From an uncultured Candidatus Saccharibacteria bacterium (lineage in GTDB: Bacteria; Patescibacteriota; Minisyncoccia; Minisyncoccales; CAZJYT01), in assembly GCA_964552375.1 (NCBI GenBank), contig CAZKFX010000001.1, positions 3,929-67,928 of the forward strand: a DNA stretch of 64,000 nucleotides, given 5' to 3'. Positions 1 through 9,828 of the stretch are shown in pieces. The translations under genes and the position numbers were made by a program. The notes under the pieces were generated by a model. It saw only the letters and a program-made list of their open reading frames with translations. It was not told the origin of the DNA and did no database searches. Each line of letters opens with the position of its first letter. Position 1 is the stretch's first letter.

Positions 1-2183
1 CTTTTGCCAGTAGAATTTTTCCATCATCAGATAAAATAAGACACTTTTTTCCTAAATTTTTGCATTGGGATGGTTGGTGGAATGAATTTTTAACCTGGTG
101 TACTATTGGTTTTTTTGGAGCTTTCTTTTTAATGCAAGCTAACACTCTTTTTAGACTTCATATTACCGGAAGTTCAATCACAGGAGATGCAGGAATTTTA
201 GGAGATATCATTCTCTACTTTTTGCCTATTTTATTTTTATTAATTGGATTTTTCCTTGCTCTTCAAACCGCCCAGGCAGTAGCAGCTGTAGCAATGTTAG
301 CAGGAGGAGCATTAATGGCAGGAATGGCATTAAAATCATTTGGAAAAAAAATGGCATTGAGGTCAAGTGCAAAAAAGAAAAAATTAGAACAAAAAATGGC
401 AAGAGGAGAATCACTATCAACAAAAGAAAAAGCAGAATTAGCCTTGGCTAAAGTTGGGGAGGCTCCTGCGGTCTTTTATTATGGAATAAGAAAGAGGATA
501 CCCTTTATGAAAAAAGAGACCTGGGGGGATGTAGAAAAAGCACATAGAATGGAAACGAGAAAAGAATTAGAAGGAAAATCTATGGAGAATTTAGCAGAAA
601 CTTATAAAGATAAAACTCAAAGTGAAACTAGAAGACAAGAAGCTGCTTTACATTTAATGAAAAGAGGACGGAAAGGAATTGAAAAATTAAAGGGGGCCGG
701 AGCCACAGATGAAGAAATAGCAAGTTATATGCAAATGGCAGCCAGTGAAGGAAGATGGGAAGACGCTCAATGGTTTGGAACTTTCTTAATAGAAAAGCAT
801 AAAGGAAAGATTGAGGAAGTTAATAAATACTTTGAAGGAATTTTTGATAAAGAAGATAAAGAAAAAATAGCAGCGAGGCTTTCTACTCAAGAAGGAAAAG
901 AAGGAGAGAGGTTAAGAAAATTGGAAGAACACTACAACAACAAAGAAATTGGGGAAGAAGAATACAAAAAGAAAAAAGAAGAAATAGTGAATGAGTATTT
1001 AAAAGAGCATGCTAGTGAGGAATTTTTAGGAATTCTTTCGCCAGAAATATTGGCTTCTGGAATTACTATAACTACTGCCCAACAAAAGGAATTAGCTGAA
1101 GCTCTGGCTAAAATAGATTCTCCTTTGCATGTCCAGGCTCTTGCTAGTCAATTTGGAACCGCATTTACTCATAATTTGCAACAGTATTTAGAAGAACACG
1201 TTGATGAAGTTGGAAAAAATCTAAATACTTATCTTAGAAGCACTCCTGCCCAAGCCTTAGGTTTAAGGCTACCTCAAAAACTTCAAGAATTAGAAGCTTC
1301 AATTGATATGCGATTAGAAAGAGCAATAGAAGAAAAAGAAAATGCTTTACAAGCATTAGTCGTTACAAAAAGAGAGTTATCTTCAATCCAAGATCCGGCA
1401 AGAAAAAGAGAACTTCAAGCTAAAATAAAAGAGCTTGAAAAAACTTATGGCACCGAAGAAGAGATTCAAAAACAGATAAAAGCATTAACTGCTACTCGAG
1501 TCAATTTACACAAAATGAGCGGAAGAGAACTAATAGATTTAGGAAAGTTGCACGGTGTAGAAATAGAATTACCAAAAGAGGAAGAAGAAAAAGTAACAAT
1601 AAAAGGAGGAGAGGAAACAAAAAGACAACCTTCTTCAACTTCTTTCACTCCAACTCCTCCAGTTTCTCCTCCGCCTTCATCTGAAGAAAGAACACCTCCT
1701 CCAACTAAACCGGCACCAAGACCAACTACTACTCAAAGAATTAAAGAAATAGAAAAAGAGATAAAAGAGTTAGAAAGGGTAAAAAGCCAAATTAAAAGAT
1801 TACAAGACGAAAAAGAGGCTGTTTTAAGAGCTCCTCACATTTCACCTGAAGATAAGAAAAAAAGAAAAATGAAATTGGATGCTCAGATTTCTAAAATTTT
1901 AAAACCAACTGGAATTGAAAAACCAGAAGATTTGGAGGGAAAAATAAAAGAAATGGAAGAAAAAAGACAAAAGCTGATTGAGAGGGAAATAGAAATAAGA
2001 AATAAAATAAAGGAAATGAAAGATTTATCTTCATTAGATATCCAAAAAGAAATAGACAAAATAGAAAAAGAGCTAAGTGAAACATCAGAAAGAGAAATTG
2101 AAAAAAGAGAAAGATTAAAAGAGTTAAAAGAGAGATTAAAAGAACTAAAAGAAAGAAAAGAAAGAGTAGAAAGGCAAGCTTAA
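1..2183 (+). CDS. VirB6/TrbL-like membrane protein with long coiled-coil and Pro-rich C-terminus (5'-partial)
   Basis: Frame is open from position 3 (FASRIFP...WWNEFLTW). TM helices are followed by K/E-rich coiled coils and a PTPPVSPPP linker. Lies upstream of PrgI/VirB4 genes. Confidence 0.55.
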   Translation, partial: FASRIFPSSDKIRHFFPKFLHWDGWWNEFLTWCTIGFFGAFFLMQANTLFRLHITGSSITGDAGILGDIILYFLPILFLLIGFFLALQTAQAVAAVAMLAGGALMAGMALKSFGKKMALRSSAKKKKLEQKMARGESLSTKEKAELALAKVGEAPAVFYYGIRKRIPFMKKETWGDVEKAHRMETRKELEGKSMENLAETYKDKTQSETRRQEAALHLMKRGRKGIEKLKGAGATDEEIASYMQMAASEGRWEDAQWFGTFLIEKHKGKIEEVNKYFEGIFDKEDKEKIAARLSTQEGKEGERLRKLEEHYNNKEIGEEEYKKKKEEIVNEYLKEHASEEFLGILSPEILASGITITTAQQKELAEALAKIDSPLHVQALASQFGTAFTHNLQQYLEEHVDEVGKNLNTYLRSTPAQALGLRLPQKLQELEASIDMRLERAIEEKENALQALVVTKRELSSIQDPARKRELQAKIKELEKTYGTEEEIQKQIKALTATRVNLHKMSGRELIDLGKLHGVEIELPKEEEEKVTIKGGEETKRQPSSTSFTPTPPVSPPPSSEERTPPPTKPAPRPTTTQRIKEIEKEIKELERVKSQIKRLQDEKEAVLRAPHISPEDKKKRKMKLDAQISKILKPTGIEKPEDLEGKIKEMEEKRQKLIEREIEIRNKIKEMKDLSSLDIQKEIDKIEKELSETSEREIEKRERLKELKERLKELKERKERVERQA

Positions 2184-2244
2184 AAGTTTAAAAAAAATTG
2201 GTGAGATTTGATTTTTTCTCTAAAAAAAGCTATTTTTATATAGT

Positions 2245-2634
2245 ATGAGAAAATATACGCCAGAAGATGCCTGGAGAGCTTATGAACAATTGCCCCAAGA
2301 GATAAAGAAAGTAATTTTTTCGGTAGATACCTCCGAGACAATTGAAAAAATTTGTGTTAGAAATAATATAAAAAGAGAAAAAAGCTCTTTGTTAGCAGAA
2401 CAAATAGGATATGTCTTGTTGGGGCTTTTTCCACCAGAGGAATTTAAAGAATGGCTTTATGAAGAATTTGGAAAAGAAAAGGGAAAGTTAATTTCACATG
2501 ATATTTTTAGGTTTATTTTTTTCCCGATAAAAAATGAACTAGAGGAAATTTATAAAACAGAAGTAATTAGTTTGCCAAAAGCTAAAATTTCTCCTCCCCC
2601 AAAAAGAGATATTTATAGAGAACCGATAGAATAA
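2245..2634 (+). CDS. Hypothetical protein of T4SS-like locus
   Basis: 129 aa ORF ending DIYREPIE, 2 nt from the next gene. Confidence 0.6.
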   Translation: MRKYTPEDAWRAYEQLPQEIKKVIFSVDTSETIEKICVRNNIKREKSSLLAEQIGYVLLGLFPPEEFKEWLYEEFGKEKGKLISHDIFRFIFFPIKNELEEIYKTEVISLPKAKISPPPKRDIYREPIE

Positions 2635-2636
2635 AA

Positions 2637-3053
2637 ATGCCCTTTATTGTTCCTAAGTTTATTGAAAAAGAAGCAAAAATTGTAGGTCCTTTGACTTTCA
2701 GACAATTTGGCTTTTTCCTTTTTGCGGGTGTCATTGCTTTTTTCTTGTATTTTACAATTGGCAAAAAAAATCTTCCTTTGTTTTTGATAATTATAGGACC
2801 AGTAATAGCTATAGCAATGATTTTTGCATTTGGAAAGGTAGAAGGGAGAGATTTTCCAGTTTTTTTAAAAAATTTTTTGTCCCACCAACAATCTCCAAAA
2901 ATGTTTTATTTTCAAAAAAAGACAATAGCTCCTGAAATTTTGCATTTTAAAATTAAAAAAGGAGAAGAAGAAAAAAAAGAAATGGAGCCTGCAAAAGGTT
3001 TTACAAAAACAAGTTTGCAAAAAATGTTTGTTGAAATTGAAACCAAAAAATAG
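2637..3053 (+). CDS. PrgI family protein (VirB3-like)
   Basis: MPFIVPKFIEKEAKIVGPLTFRQF start plus two TM helices. Confidence 0.8.
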   Translation: MPFIVPKFIEKEAKIVGPLTFRQFGFFLFAGVIAFFLYFTIGKKNLPLFLIIIGPVIAIAMIFAFGKVEGRDFPVFLKNFLSHQQSPKMFYFQKKTIAPEILHFKIKKGEEEKKEMEPAKGFTKTSLQKMFVEIETKK

Positions 3054-3059
3054 CATTTT

Positions 3060-3689
3060 ATGGCAAAAGCTCCCAGTCAGCAATTTTTAGAGATAAAACA
3101 AATTAGAGATGGAGTGATGATATTGAAAGACGGAAGTTTAAGAAAGATTTTGGCTGTTTCTTCTTTAAATTTGGCAGTGAAGTCTAAAGAAGAACAAGAA
3201 GCCATTTTTTATCAATTTCAAAATTTCTTAAATTCTTTAGATTTTTTCTGTCAAATAATTGTTCAATCTCAAAGATTAAATATTACAGGATATCTAGAAG
3301 AATTAGAAAAATTAGAACAAAAACAACCAAATGAACTTTTAAAATTCCAAACTAGAAATTATCGCCAGTTTATCCAAAAATTAGTAGCTACAGGAACGAT
3401 TATGAATAAAAATTTCTTTTTGGTAGTTCCCTTTTATATGTCAGAACTTAAAGAAGTAATTCCCTCAAAAAAGGCAGGCAAAGGAGAGATGGCAGAACTT
3501 AAATTTCAATTGGCAAAAAATCAACTTGAACAAAGAGCTGAATTTTTAATATTAGGTTTAAGGAGGTGTGGTTTAAATGCAGCTCCCCTAAATAGTGAGC
3601 AATTAATTGAGCTTTTGTGGAATTTTTATCATCCAAAAGAAGCAGAAATGGGATATTATCCTTCTATTCCTTCTGAAATAATAAAATAA
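3060..3689 (+). CDS. TraC/VirB4 N-terminal-like T4SS accessory protein
   Basis: QQFLEIKQIRDGVMILKDGSLR...FQNFLNSLDF; sits between PrgI and the VirB4 ATPase. Confidence 0.7.
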   Translation: MAKAPSQQFLEIKQIRDGVMILKDGSLRKILAVSSLNLAVKSKEEQEAIFYQFQNFLNSLDFFCQIIVQSQRLNITGYLEELEKLEQKQPNELLKFQTRNYRQFIQKLVATGTIMNKNFFLVVPFYMSELKEVIPSKKAGKGEMAELKFQLAKNQLEQRAEFLILGLRRCGLNAAPLNSEQLIELLWNFYHPKEAEMGYYPSIPSEIIK

Positions 3690-3690
3690 A

Positions 3691-5538
3691 ATGAAGCTTC
3701 AAATTGCTAAAATTTTAAATAAATTTTTAAAAAGGAAAAAGCAAGCAAAAAAGTTAACTCTTCCTGTAGGAAAAGAGGAAGAATTAAAATTAGCAGATTT
3801 TATTGCCCCTCCCTCAGTTAAAATATTCCCAAATTATATCCAATTAGGAGAAAGATTAGCTAAAAGTTATTTTGTCTTTTCTTATCCTCGTTATTTAACT
3901 GCTGCCTGGGTCGCTCCTGTTATAAATTTAGATGTTCCTCTTTTAATGTCTTTTTTTATTCATCCTACCGATACAGGCTATATTTTAAAGAAACTCCAAA
4001 AAAGACTTACTGAAGTTCAGGCAGAAATTGCAGAAAGAGAAGAAAAAGGATTAATTAGAGATCCAACTTTGGAGACAGCTTATAAAGACATTGAGGAATT
4101 AAGAGATAAACTTCAGACAGGGCAAGAGAGAATGTTTAGATTTGGTCTTTATTTGACTGCTTTTGGAGATAGTGAAAGAGAATTAAAAGAGGTTGAAACT
4201 ACTTTAAGATCAATCTTGGAAGCAAAATTAGTCTACATTAAACCTTGTCTTTATCAGCAAAAACAAGGACTTCACTCTTGTTTTCCTTACGGTTTAGATC
4301 AATTAATGACTCATCATTTAATGAATACTTCTACCCTTTCAAGTATTTTTCCTTTTGTCTCTTTTGATTTAAGTGCAAATGAAGGAATTCTCTATGGGAT
4401 TAATCAACACAACAAATCTTTGGTTTTATTCAATAGATTTAGTTTAGAAAATGCTAATATGGTTGTCTTTGCAAAATCAGGTTCTGGTAAAAGTTATGCT
4501 GTCAAATTAGAAACCTTAAGACTGTTAATGACTGGTGTAGAAGTAATTATTATTGATCCTGAAAATGAATATAAACCCTTAGCAGAAGCTGTTGGAGGTT
4601 CTTTTATTAATATTTCTCTAAGTTCTCCCCATCATATTAATCCTTTTGATTTGCCAGAAAAATTAAGGCCAGATGAAAACCCAGAAGATGTTTTGCGTTC
4701 AAATATTATTAATCTGGTAGGTTTGATGCGTTTAATGTTAGGTGGATTAACCCCTGAAGAAGATGCAATAATGGATAGGGCTTTAACTGAGACTTATGCT
4801 GCAAAAGATATTACTCCAGAAACCAATCCTTCAACCTGGAAAGATAATACTCCCTTAATGGAGGATTTAGAAAGTGTTTTAGAAGGAATGGAGGGGGCAG
4901 AATCAATTTTGAAAAGATTGAGAAAATTCACCAAAGGAACTTATGCTCAATTTTTCAACCAACCTACTAATGTATCTTTGGATAAACCATTAATAGTCTT
5001 TGGAATTAGAGATTTAGAAGATGAATTAAGACCAATGGCAATGTTTATAATTATGAGATACATTTGGAATAAAGTAAGATCAGAACTTAAAAAAAGAATT
5101 TTGGTAGTAGATGAAGCCTGGTGGTTAATGCAATACGAAGACTCAGCTTCATTTTTGTTTGGATTGTGTAAAAGAGGAAGAAAATATGGACTGGGTGTCA
5201 CCACCATTACCCAAGATGTTAATGATTTTATGAAATCTACTTATGGCCAACCAATTATTACTAACTCAGCCTTGCAATTTTTAATGAAACAATCTCCAGC
5301 AACTATTGATGTAGTTCAAAAAGTTTTCAATCTAACTGAAGAAGAAAAGCATTTGCTTTTGGGAGCAGCAGTTGGAGAAGGTCTCTTTTTTGCAGGACCA
5401 AAACATGTTTTTTTAAGAGTAGAGGCTTCCTATGCAGAACATCAAATTATTACAACTTCTCCTGAAGAACTCAAAAAAATTAGAGAGAGAAAAGAAAAAA
5501 TGGAAAAATTAAAAAAAGAAGGAGAGAGAGAAATTTAA
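3691..5538 (+). CDS. VirB4-like ATPase (DUF87/TraG P-loop)
   Basis: Walker A AKSGSGKS, IIIDPENEY, Walker B LVVDEAW, RGRKYG and TITQ motifs. Confidence 0.88.
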   Translation: MKLQIAKILNKFLKRKKQAKKLTLPVGKEEELKLADFIAPPSVKIFPNYIQLGERLAKSYFVFSYPRYLTAAWVAPVINLDVPLLMSFFIHPTDTGYILKKLQKRLTEVQAEIAEREEKGLIRDPTLETAYKDIEELRDKLQTGQERMFRFGLYLTAFGDSERELKEVETTLRSILEAKLVYIKPCLYQQKQGLHSCFPYGLDQLMTHHLMNTSTLSSIFPFVSFDLSANEGILYGINQHNKSLVLFNRFSLENANMVVFAKSGSGKSYAVKLETLRLLMTGVEVIIIDPENEYKPLAEAVGGSFINISLSSPHHINPFDLPEKLRPDENPEDVLRSNIINLVGLMRLMLGGLTPEEDAIMDRALTETYAAKDITPETNPSTWKDNTPLMEDLESVLEGMEGAESILKRLRKFTKGTYAQFFNQPTNVSLDKPLIVFGIRDLEDELRPMAMFIIMRYIWNKVRSELKKRILVVDEAWWLMQYEDSASFLFGLCKRGRKYGLGVTTITQDVNDFMKSTYGQPIITNSALQFLMKQSPATIDVVQKVFNLTEEEKHLLLGAAVGEGLFFAGPKHVFLRVEASYAEHQIITTSPEELKKIRERKEKMEKLKKEGEREI

Positions 5539-6251
5539 TTTGTTTTGAAAATCAATTTTTGTTGAAAAATAGAAAAAAGAGTGCTTGATAACCAATACAA
5601 AGAAAGGGCGCAAGGCAGTTTTAGTAAAACTAAAAGAGTAAAAAGAGGAAAAAGAATAATCATTTCTTTTTGAAAAATATCTAAAATTTTACTCATTTGA
5701 TCTTTCTTTTGTTGAGAAAAAGAAAAAGGCTGCATTTTAAATTGAATAAACTGAAAAGCAGTTGCCAAAAAAGCTAAAAAGAAAGCTGGCCAATAATATT
5801 GTATTGTCTGAGGGTCTTTTTGAATAAAAAATGAAAGTGAAAGATTTATTTTTCCTAAAAATAATGGCTCAAAATCAAAAGATTGAACTCCTTCCCAAAA
5901 CAATCTAAACAAAGCTAAAAAAATAGGAATTTGCAAAATAGAAAAAAGACAACCTGAAAAAGGATTAAATTTTTCTTTTTTGTAAAGCTCTAAAATAGCT
6001 TTCATTTGTTTTTCTTTGTCTTCTTTGTGTTTTTCTTGAATTTCTTTTACTTTAGATTGAATTTGAGATAAACTCTTTTGAGATTTTATTGCCTTAAAAG
6101 AAAGAGGGGAAAGAATTAATTTAATTAAAATTGTAAAAATTAAAAGAGCTATTCCGAAATCTTTAATGGGGAGAATTTGATAAAGAAAAATTAAGGCCTT
6201 TAAAAGAGGAAAATAGAAAAAATCAATGATGGGATTGTGTAAAAAATTCAT
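5535..6251 (-). CDS. yidC: Membrane protein insertase YidC (short form)
   Basis: FGIALLIFTILIKLIL, NPFSGCLFSILQIPIF, LSLYW; canonical rnpA-yidD-yidC order. Confidence 0.9.
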   Translation of the reverse strand: MNFLHNPIIDFFYFPLLKALIFLYQILPIKDFGIALLIFTILIKLILSPLSFKAIKSQKSLSQIQSKVKEIQEKHKEDKEKQMKAILELYKKEKFNPFSGCLFSILQIPIFLALFRLFWEGVQSFDFEPLFLGKINLSLSFFIQKDPQTIQYYWPAFFLAFLATAFQFIQFKMQPFSFSQQKKDQMSKILDIFQKEMIILFPLFTLLVLLKLPCALSLYWLSSTLFSIFQQKLIFKTN

Positions 6252-6257
6252 AAAATT

Positions 6258-6467
6258 TTAAGGAAAATCTATTCCTCCAGGATGCCACAAAAAACATTTT
6301 TTTATTCTTTTTATAGTCTTTAAAACTCCTTTTAAAACCCCGTATTTTTTAATAGCTAAAAAAGAATATTCTGAACAAGAAGGAAAAAATCTACAGTTTT
6401 TCCCCAAAAAAGGAGAAATAAAAATTTGATAAAATCTAATTGCCTTCAAAATTAATTCTTGAAGCAT
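6258..6467 (-). CDS. yidD: Membrane protein insertion efficiency factor YidD
   Basis: YQIFISP...CRFFPSCSEY...GGIDFP. Confidence 0.93.
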   Translation of the reverse strand: MLQELILKAIRFYQIFISPFLGKNCRFFPSCSEYSFLAIKKYGVLKGVLKTIKRIKKCFLWHPGGIDFP

Positions 6468-6796
6468 TTTGTTTTTTGAAAGAGTTTTTGAATTGTCTTT
6501 TCAATCTCTCTAAATTTTAATTTTTCAATCCCAGGTAAAGCTATAAAAATTCCTTTCAGGCCTGGTTTTAATAAATCAAGTTTTAATCTTACTATCTCTG
6601 CCATTTGTCTTTTTAGTCTATTCCTTATTGTCGCTTTTTTTGAAACTTTTTTTGAAATTAAAAAAGCAAATTGACAAATACTATTTTTTGTTTCCAAAAA
6701 CCTAAAAAATAAAAAATCTTCTTTGGCCTTTTTTCCTTCTTTAAATATTCTCTCAAAATCTTTCCTCTTTGAGAGCCGGTTTTTTTTAGCCAACAT
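6452..6796 (-). CDS. rnpA: Ribonuclease P protein component
   Basis: MLAKKNRL...ISKKVSKKATIRNRLKR (RNR motif). Confidence 0.93.
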   Translation of the reverse strand: MLAKKNRLSKRKDFERIFKEGKKAKEDFLFFRFLETKNSICQFAFLISKKVSKKATIRNRLKRQMAEIVRLKLDLLKPGLKGIFIALPGIEKLKFREIEKTIQKLFQKTKCFKN

Positions 6797-6802
6797 TAAA
6801 AT

Positions 6803-6937
6803 TTATACTGTAAGTCTCCATCTTCCCTTTGCTCTCCTCCTAGCCAAAATTCTCCTTCCAGCCTTTGTTTTCATTCTCTTTCTAAAACCATGGGTCCTCT
6901 TTCTCTTTTTTACTTTTGGACGATATGTGATTGACAT
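6803..6937 (-). CDS. rpmH: 50S ribosomal protein L34
   Basis: [24 protein letters not shown]; start revised to the ATG at 6937. Confidence 0.96.
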   Translation of the reverse strand: MSITYRPKVKKRKRTHGFRKRMKTKAGRRILARRRAKGRWRLTV

Positions 6938-6944
6938 ATGTGAG

Positions 6945-6953
6945 ATTATAACA
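6945..6953 (-). promoter_or_regulatory. Extended -10 promoter of rpmH (TGnTATAAT)
   Basis: Minus-strand TGTTATAAT ends 7 nt before the ATG. Confidence 0.65.
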
Positions 6954-6960
6954 AAAAAAG

Positions 6961-7001
6961 TTTTCCCCAACAATCCCCAAGTTTTCCCCAAAATATCCAC
7001 A
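6961..7001. promoter_or_regulatory. Cluster of DnaA-box-like 9-mers upstream of dnaA (oriC part 1)
   Basis: TTTTCCCCA, CAATCCCCA, TTTTCCCCA and ATATCCACA in tandem, versus consensus TTATCCACA. Confidence 0.6.
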
Positions 7002-7021
7002 AAAATAAAGAGGTAGGGGAG

Positions 7022-7050
7022 TTGTAGAGTTTTAAAATTAAAAGTATAAT
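7022..7050 (+). promoter_or_regulatory. Sigma70-type promoter of dnaA
   Basis: TTGTAG-17 nt-TATAAT. Confidence 0.55.
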
Positions 7051-7080
7051 AGAAATTGAGATTTAAAATTACCTCTCATT

Positions 7081-8427
7081 ATGAATGAAAAAGAGCTCTG
7101 GGAAGCAGTTTTGGCCCAAATTCAATTGCAAATTTCCCAGGCCAATTTTACTACTTGGTTCAAAGGGACAAGAATTATTGCTAAAAAAGAAAATGAAGTT
7201 TTAATTTCTACTCCTAACACCTTTGTTAAAGAATGGTTAGAACAAAAATATAAACATCTCATTTTCAAAATCATAAGTGGTTTTGAGCCTAAAATAAAAG
7301 AAATTAAATTTTTAATTGGAAAACAAAATTTAAAACCCAGCTTTTGGCAAGAAAGAGAAGAACAAAAACAACAATTAGAATTTGAACAACTAAAGGTAGA
7401 TAGTGAAACAAATCTTAATCCAAGATACACTTTTAAAAACTTTGTAGTAGGTAGCTTTAATGAATTAGCTTTTGCAGCAAGTCAGGCGGTAATAAAAAAT
7501 CCAGGAGTTCTTTACAATCCATTATTCATTTATGGAGGCGTAGGATTAGGAAAAACTCATCTTTTAGAAGCAACAGGTAATGAAATTGTTAAATTGTATC
7601 CTAAAAAGAAGGTAAAATATGTTCCTGCTGAAAGATTCATTAGAGAAGTTGTTGAGGGAATTAAAAATCAAAAAATAGAAGATTTCAAATTAAAATATCA
7701 AAAAGTTGATGTCTTAATTATTGATGATGTTCAATTTTTAGCAGGGAAAGAAAAAACCCAAGAAGAATTTTTCCATTTGTTCAATAGTTTGTACCAAAAA
7801 AACAAACAAATTATTCTTTCCTCTGATAGACCTCCTAAAATAATTCCTTCTTTGACAGAAAGATTAAGATCAAGATTTGAAGGAGGAATGATTGGAGATA
7901 TTTCTTTACCAGATTTTGAAACAAGGGTAGCTATTTTAAAAGTGAAAGCTCAAGAAAAAAATGTAGAGTTTTCAGAAGAAGTTTACAATTTTATTGCTCA
8001 ATCCTTTAAAAGAAATATTAGAGATTTAGAAGGAGCTTTAAACAGATTAATTGTTTATTATAAATTAAACAACAAAGTTCCTGATTTATCTATTACAAAA
8101 AAACTTTTAAAGAAAGTAATTTTGGGAGCTAATCAATGGACTACCCCTAACAAAATTATCTCTACTGTTGCCGAGTTTTATGACCTAACCCAAAAAGATT
8201 TGTTAAGCTCTTCTAGAAAAAAAGAAATCACAAAACCTCGCCAAATCGCAATGTATCTTTTAAAAACCGAATTGAAGAGTTCTTATTTATCTATTGCTAG
8301 GAAATTGGGAGGAAAAGATCATTCAACAGTAATTTATGCTTGTGAAAAAATTGCAAAACAATTGGAAAAAGATAAAAAATTAGAAGAGGAAATTGAGTTG
8401 ATAAAACAAAGAATATATAGTGGATAA
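7081..8427 (+). CDS. dnaA: Chromosomal replication initiator DnaA
   Basis: YTFKNFVVG, NPLFIYGGVGLGKTHLL, IDDVQF, RLRSRF, GGKDHSTV. Confidence 0.98.
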   Translation: MNEKELWEAVLAQIQLQISQANFTTWFKGTRIIAKKENEVLISTPNTFVKEWLEQKYKHLIFKIISGFEPKIKEIKFLIGKQNLKPSFWQEREEQKQQLEFEQLKVDSETNLNPRYTFKNFVVGSFNELAFAASQAVIKNPGVLYNPLFIYGGVGLGKTHLLEATGNEIVKLYPKKKVKYVPAERFIREVVEGIKNQKIEDFKLKYQKVDVLIIDDVQFLAGKEKTQEEFFHLFNSLYQKNKQIILSSDRPPKIIPSLTERLRSRFEGGMIGDISLPDFETRVAILKVKAQEKNVEFSEEVYNFIAQSFKRNIRDLEGALNRLIVYYKLNNKVPDLSITKKLLKKVILGANQWTTPNKIISTVAEFYDLTQKDLLSSSRKKEITKPRQIAMYLLKTELKSSYLSIARKLGGKDHSTVIYACEKIAKQLEKDKKLEEEIELIKQRIYSG

Positions 8428-8576
8428 ATTGAAGAAAATTTTTCTTTTTAAAAAATAATAAAGTTTTTTTAACACTTTTTTACAACTTTTCCTTTAATTT
8501 TCCACAAATTTTAAATTCAAAAAGATGATAAAATATATAATAACAATAAAATTTTTAAATTAAATTACAATTAAAC
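8419..8576. other. Probable oriC (downstream part): DnaA boxes plus AT-rich unwinding region
   Basis: TTATCCACT on minus strand (8419-8427), TTTTCCACA (8498-8506), followed by an almost pure A/T stretch. Confidence 0.6.
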
Positions 8577-9002
8577 ATGGGGGGTGAAACTATTTTTCAA
8601 TTATTTTTAGCTACTATTTTAGGAGCTTTAATCGGTTTAGAAAGAGAATGGAAAAAGAAAGAAGCTGGAATTCAAACTTACAGTTTAGTAACTTTAGGAG
8701 CTTGTTTGTTTACTGTTTTGGTTTTTTCTTTTTCTTTAAATAATCCTTTAATAAAGGTTGATATTTCCAGAGTAATCCAGGCTGTGGCTGTTGGAATGGG
8801 TTTTATTGGAGCTGGAACTATTATTTTTTACCAAGATAAGATAAAAGGTTTAACTACGGCTGCAGGATTATGGACAAGTTCAGGAATTGGAATTAGTATT
8901 GGAGCAAAATACTATTTATTAGGAATTGTAAGTACAGGTATAGTTTTGTTAATTTTTACTGTTTTTGGAGTTTTAGAAAGAAAAATAGTAAAAAGTGAAT
9001 AG
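8577..9002 (+). CDS. MgtC/SapB family membrane protein
   Basis: LGALIGLERE...AGIQTY...GMGFIGAGTI...GLTTAAGLW. Confidence 0.9.
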   Translation: MGGETIFQLFLATILGALIGLEREWKKKEAGIQTYSLVTLGACLFTVLVFSFSLNNPLIKVDISRVIQAVAVGMGFIGAGTIIFYQDKIKGLTTAAGLWTSSGIGISIGAKYYLLGIVSTGIVLLIFTVFGVLERKIVKSE

Positions 9003-9828
9003 AGAATATATAAAAAAAATCATTGAAATTGCTTTAAGAGAAGATATTAAAGATAAAGATATAACTTCTGAGTTAATTTTACCAGACAATTTAAAAACTA
9101 AAGCTTTTATTATTTCTAAAGAAAAAGGAATAATTTGTGGTTTAAAAATAGCAAAGTTGGTTTTTCAATGTGTAGACAAAGAAATTGTTTTTGAAAGTTT
9201 AATAAAAGAAGGAAGTGAAATTTATCCTGGACAAAAAATTGCAAAGATTTTTGGAAATGCTAAAAAAATTCTTTTAGCTGAAAGAACCGCTTTAAATTTT
9301 TTACAACATTTGAGTGGAATTGCTACCCTGACTAGAAAGTTTGTAGATAAAGTAAAATTTTACAATGTTGAAATTTTTGACACAAGAAAAACTCTTCCTG
9401 GGTTGAGAATTTTGGAAAAATATGCAGTAAGGGTTGGGGGTGGAAAAAATCATAGATTCAATTTATCAGATCAGATTTTAATAAAAGGAAATCACATAGA
9501 TTTGGTAGGTTTGGAAAATGCTATAAAAAGAGCCAAAAAATCAAAAAAGCCTCTTGAGGTAGAAGTGAGAGATTTAAGAGAATTAGAAAAAATTTTGGAT
9601 TTGAATTTAAAAATAGATGTGATTATGTTAGATAATATGAAAACAAATGAAATAAAAAGAGCAATAAAAATGATTAAAAAAAGAGCAAAAATTGAGGTTT
9701 CTGGAAGGGTTAATTTAAATAATGTAAAAGAAATAGCAAAATTGGGGGTAGATAGAATCTCAGTAGGAAAAATTACTCATTCTTCAAAAGCAATAGACAT
9801 AAGTCTAAAAATTGAAAAATTAAATTAA
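8995..9828 (+). CDS. nadC: Quinolinate phosphoribosyltransferase
   Basis: ERTALNFLQHLSGIAT, DTRKTLPG, NHRFNLSD, IMLDNM. Confidence 0.92.
   Translation: MNREYIKKIIEIALREDIKDKDITSELILPDNLKTKAFIISKEKGIICGLKIAKLVFQCVDKEIVFESLIKEGSEIYPGQKIAKIFGNAKKILLAERTALNFLQHLSGIATLTRKFVDKVKFYNVEIFDTRKTLPGLRILEKYAVRVGGGKNHRFNLSDQILIKGNHIDLVGLENAIKRAKKSKKPLEVEVRDLRELEKILDLNLKIDVIMLDNMKTNEIKRAIKMIKKRAKIEVSGRVNLNNVKEIAKLGVDRISVGKITHSSKAIDISLKIEKLN

Noticed and set aside
1628-2183. Pro-rich and AAAGAA-rich periodic DNA at the end of the first ORF
   Set aside because: Explained by a low-complexity linker and K/E coiled-coil codons, not an independent repeat element.
2637-5538. Conjugative element (ICE) call for the PrgI/VirB4 genes
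   Set aside because: No relaxase, integrase or att site is visible, composition matches the host, and the arrangement fits the resident CPR T4SS-like locus.
6938-7000. 21-aa N-terminal extension of L34
   Set aside because: It covers the promoter and DnaA-box-like repeats; the L34 consensus starts at 6937.
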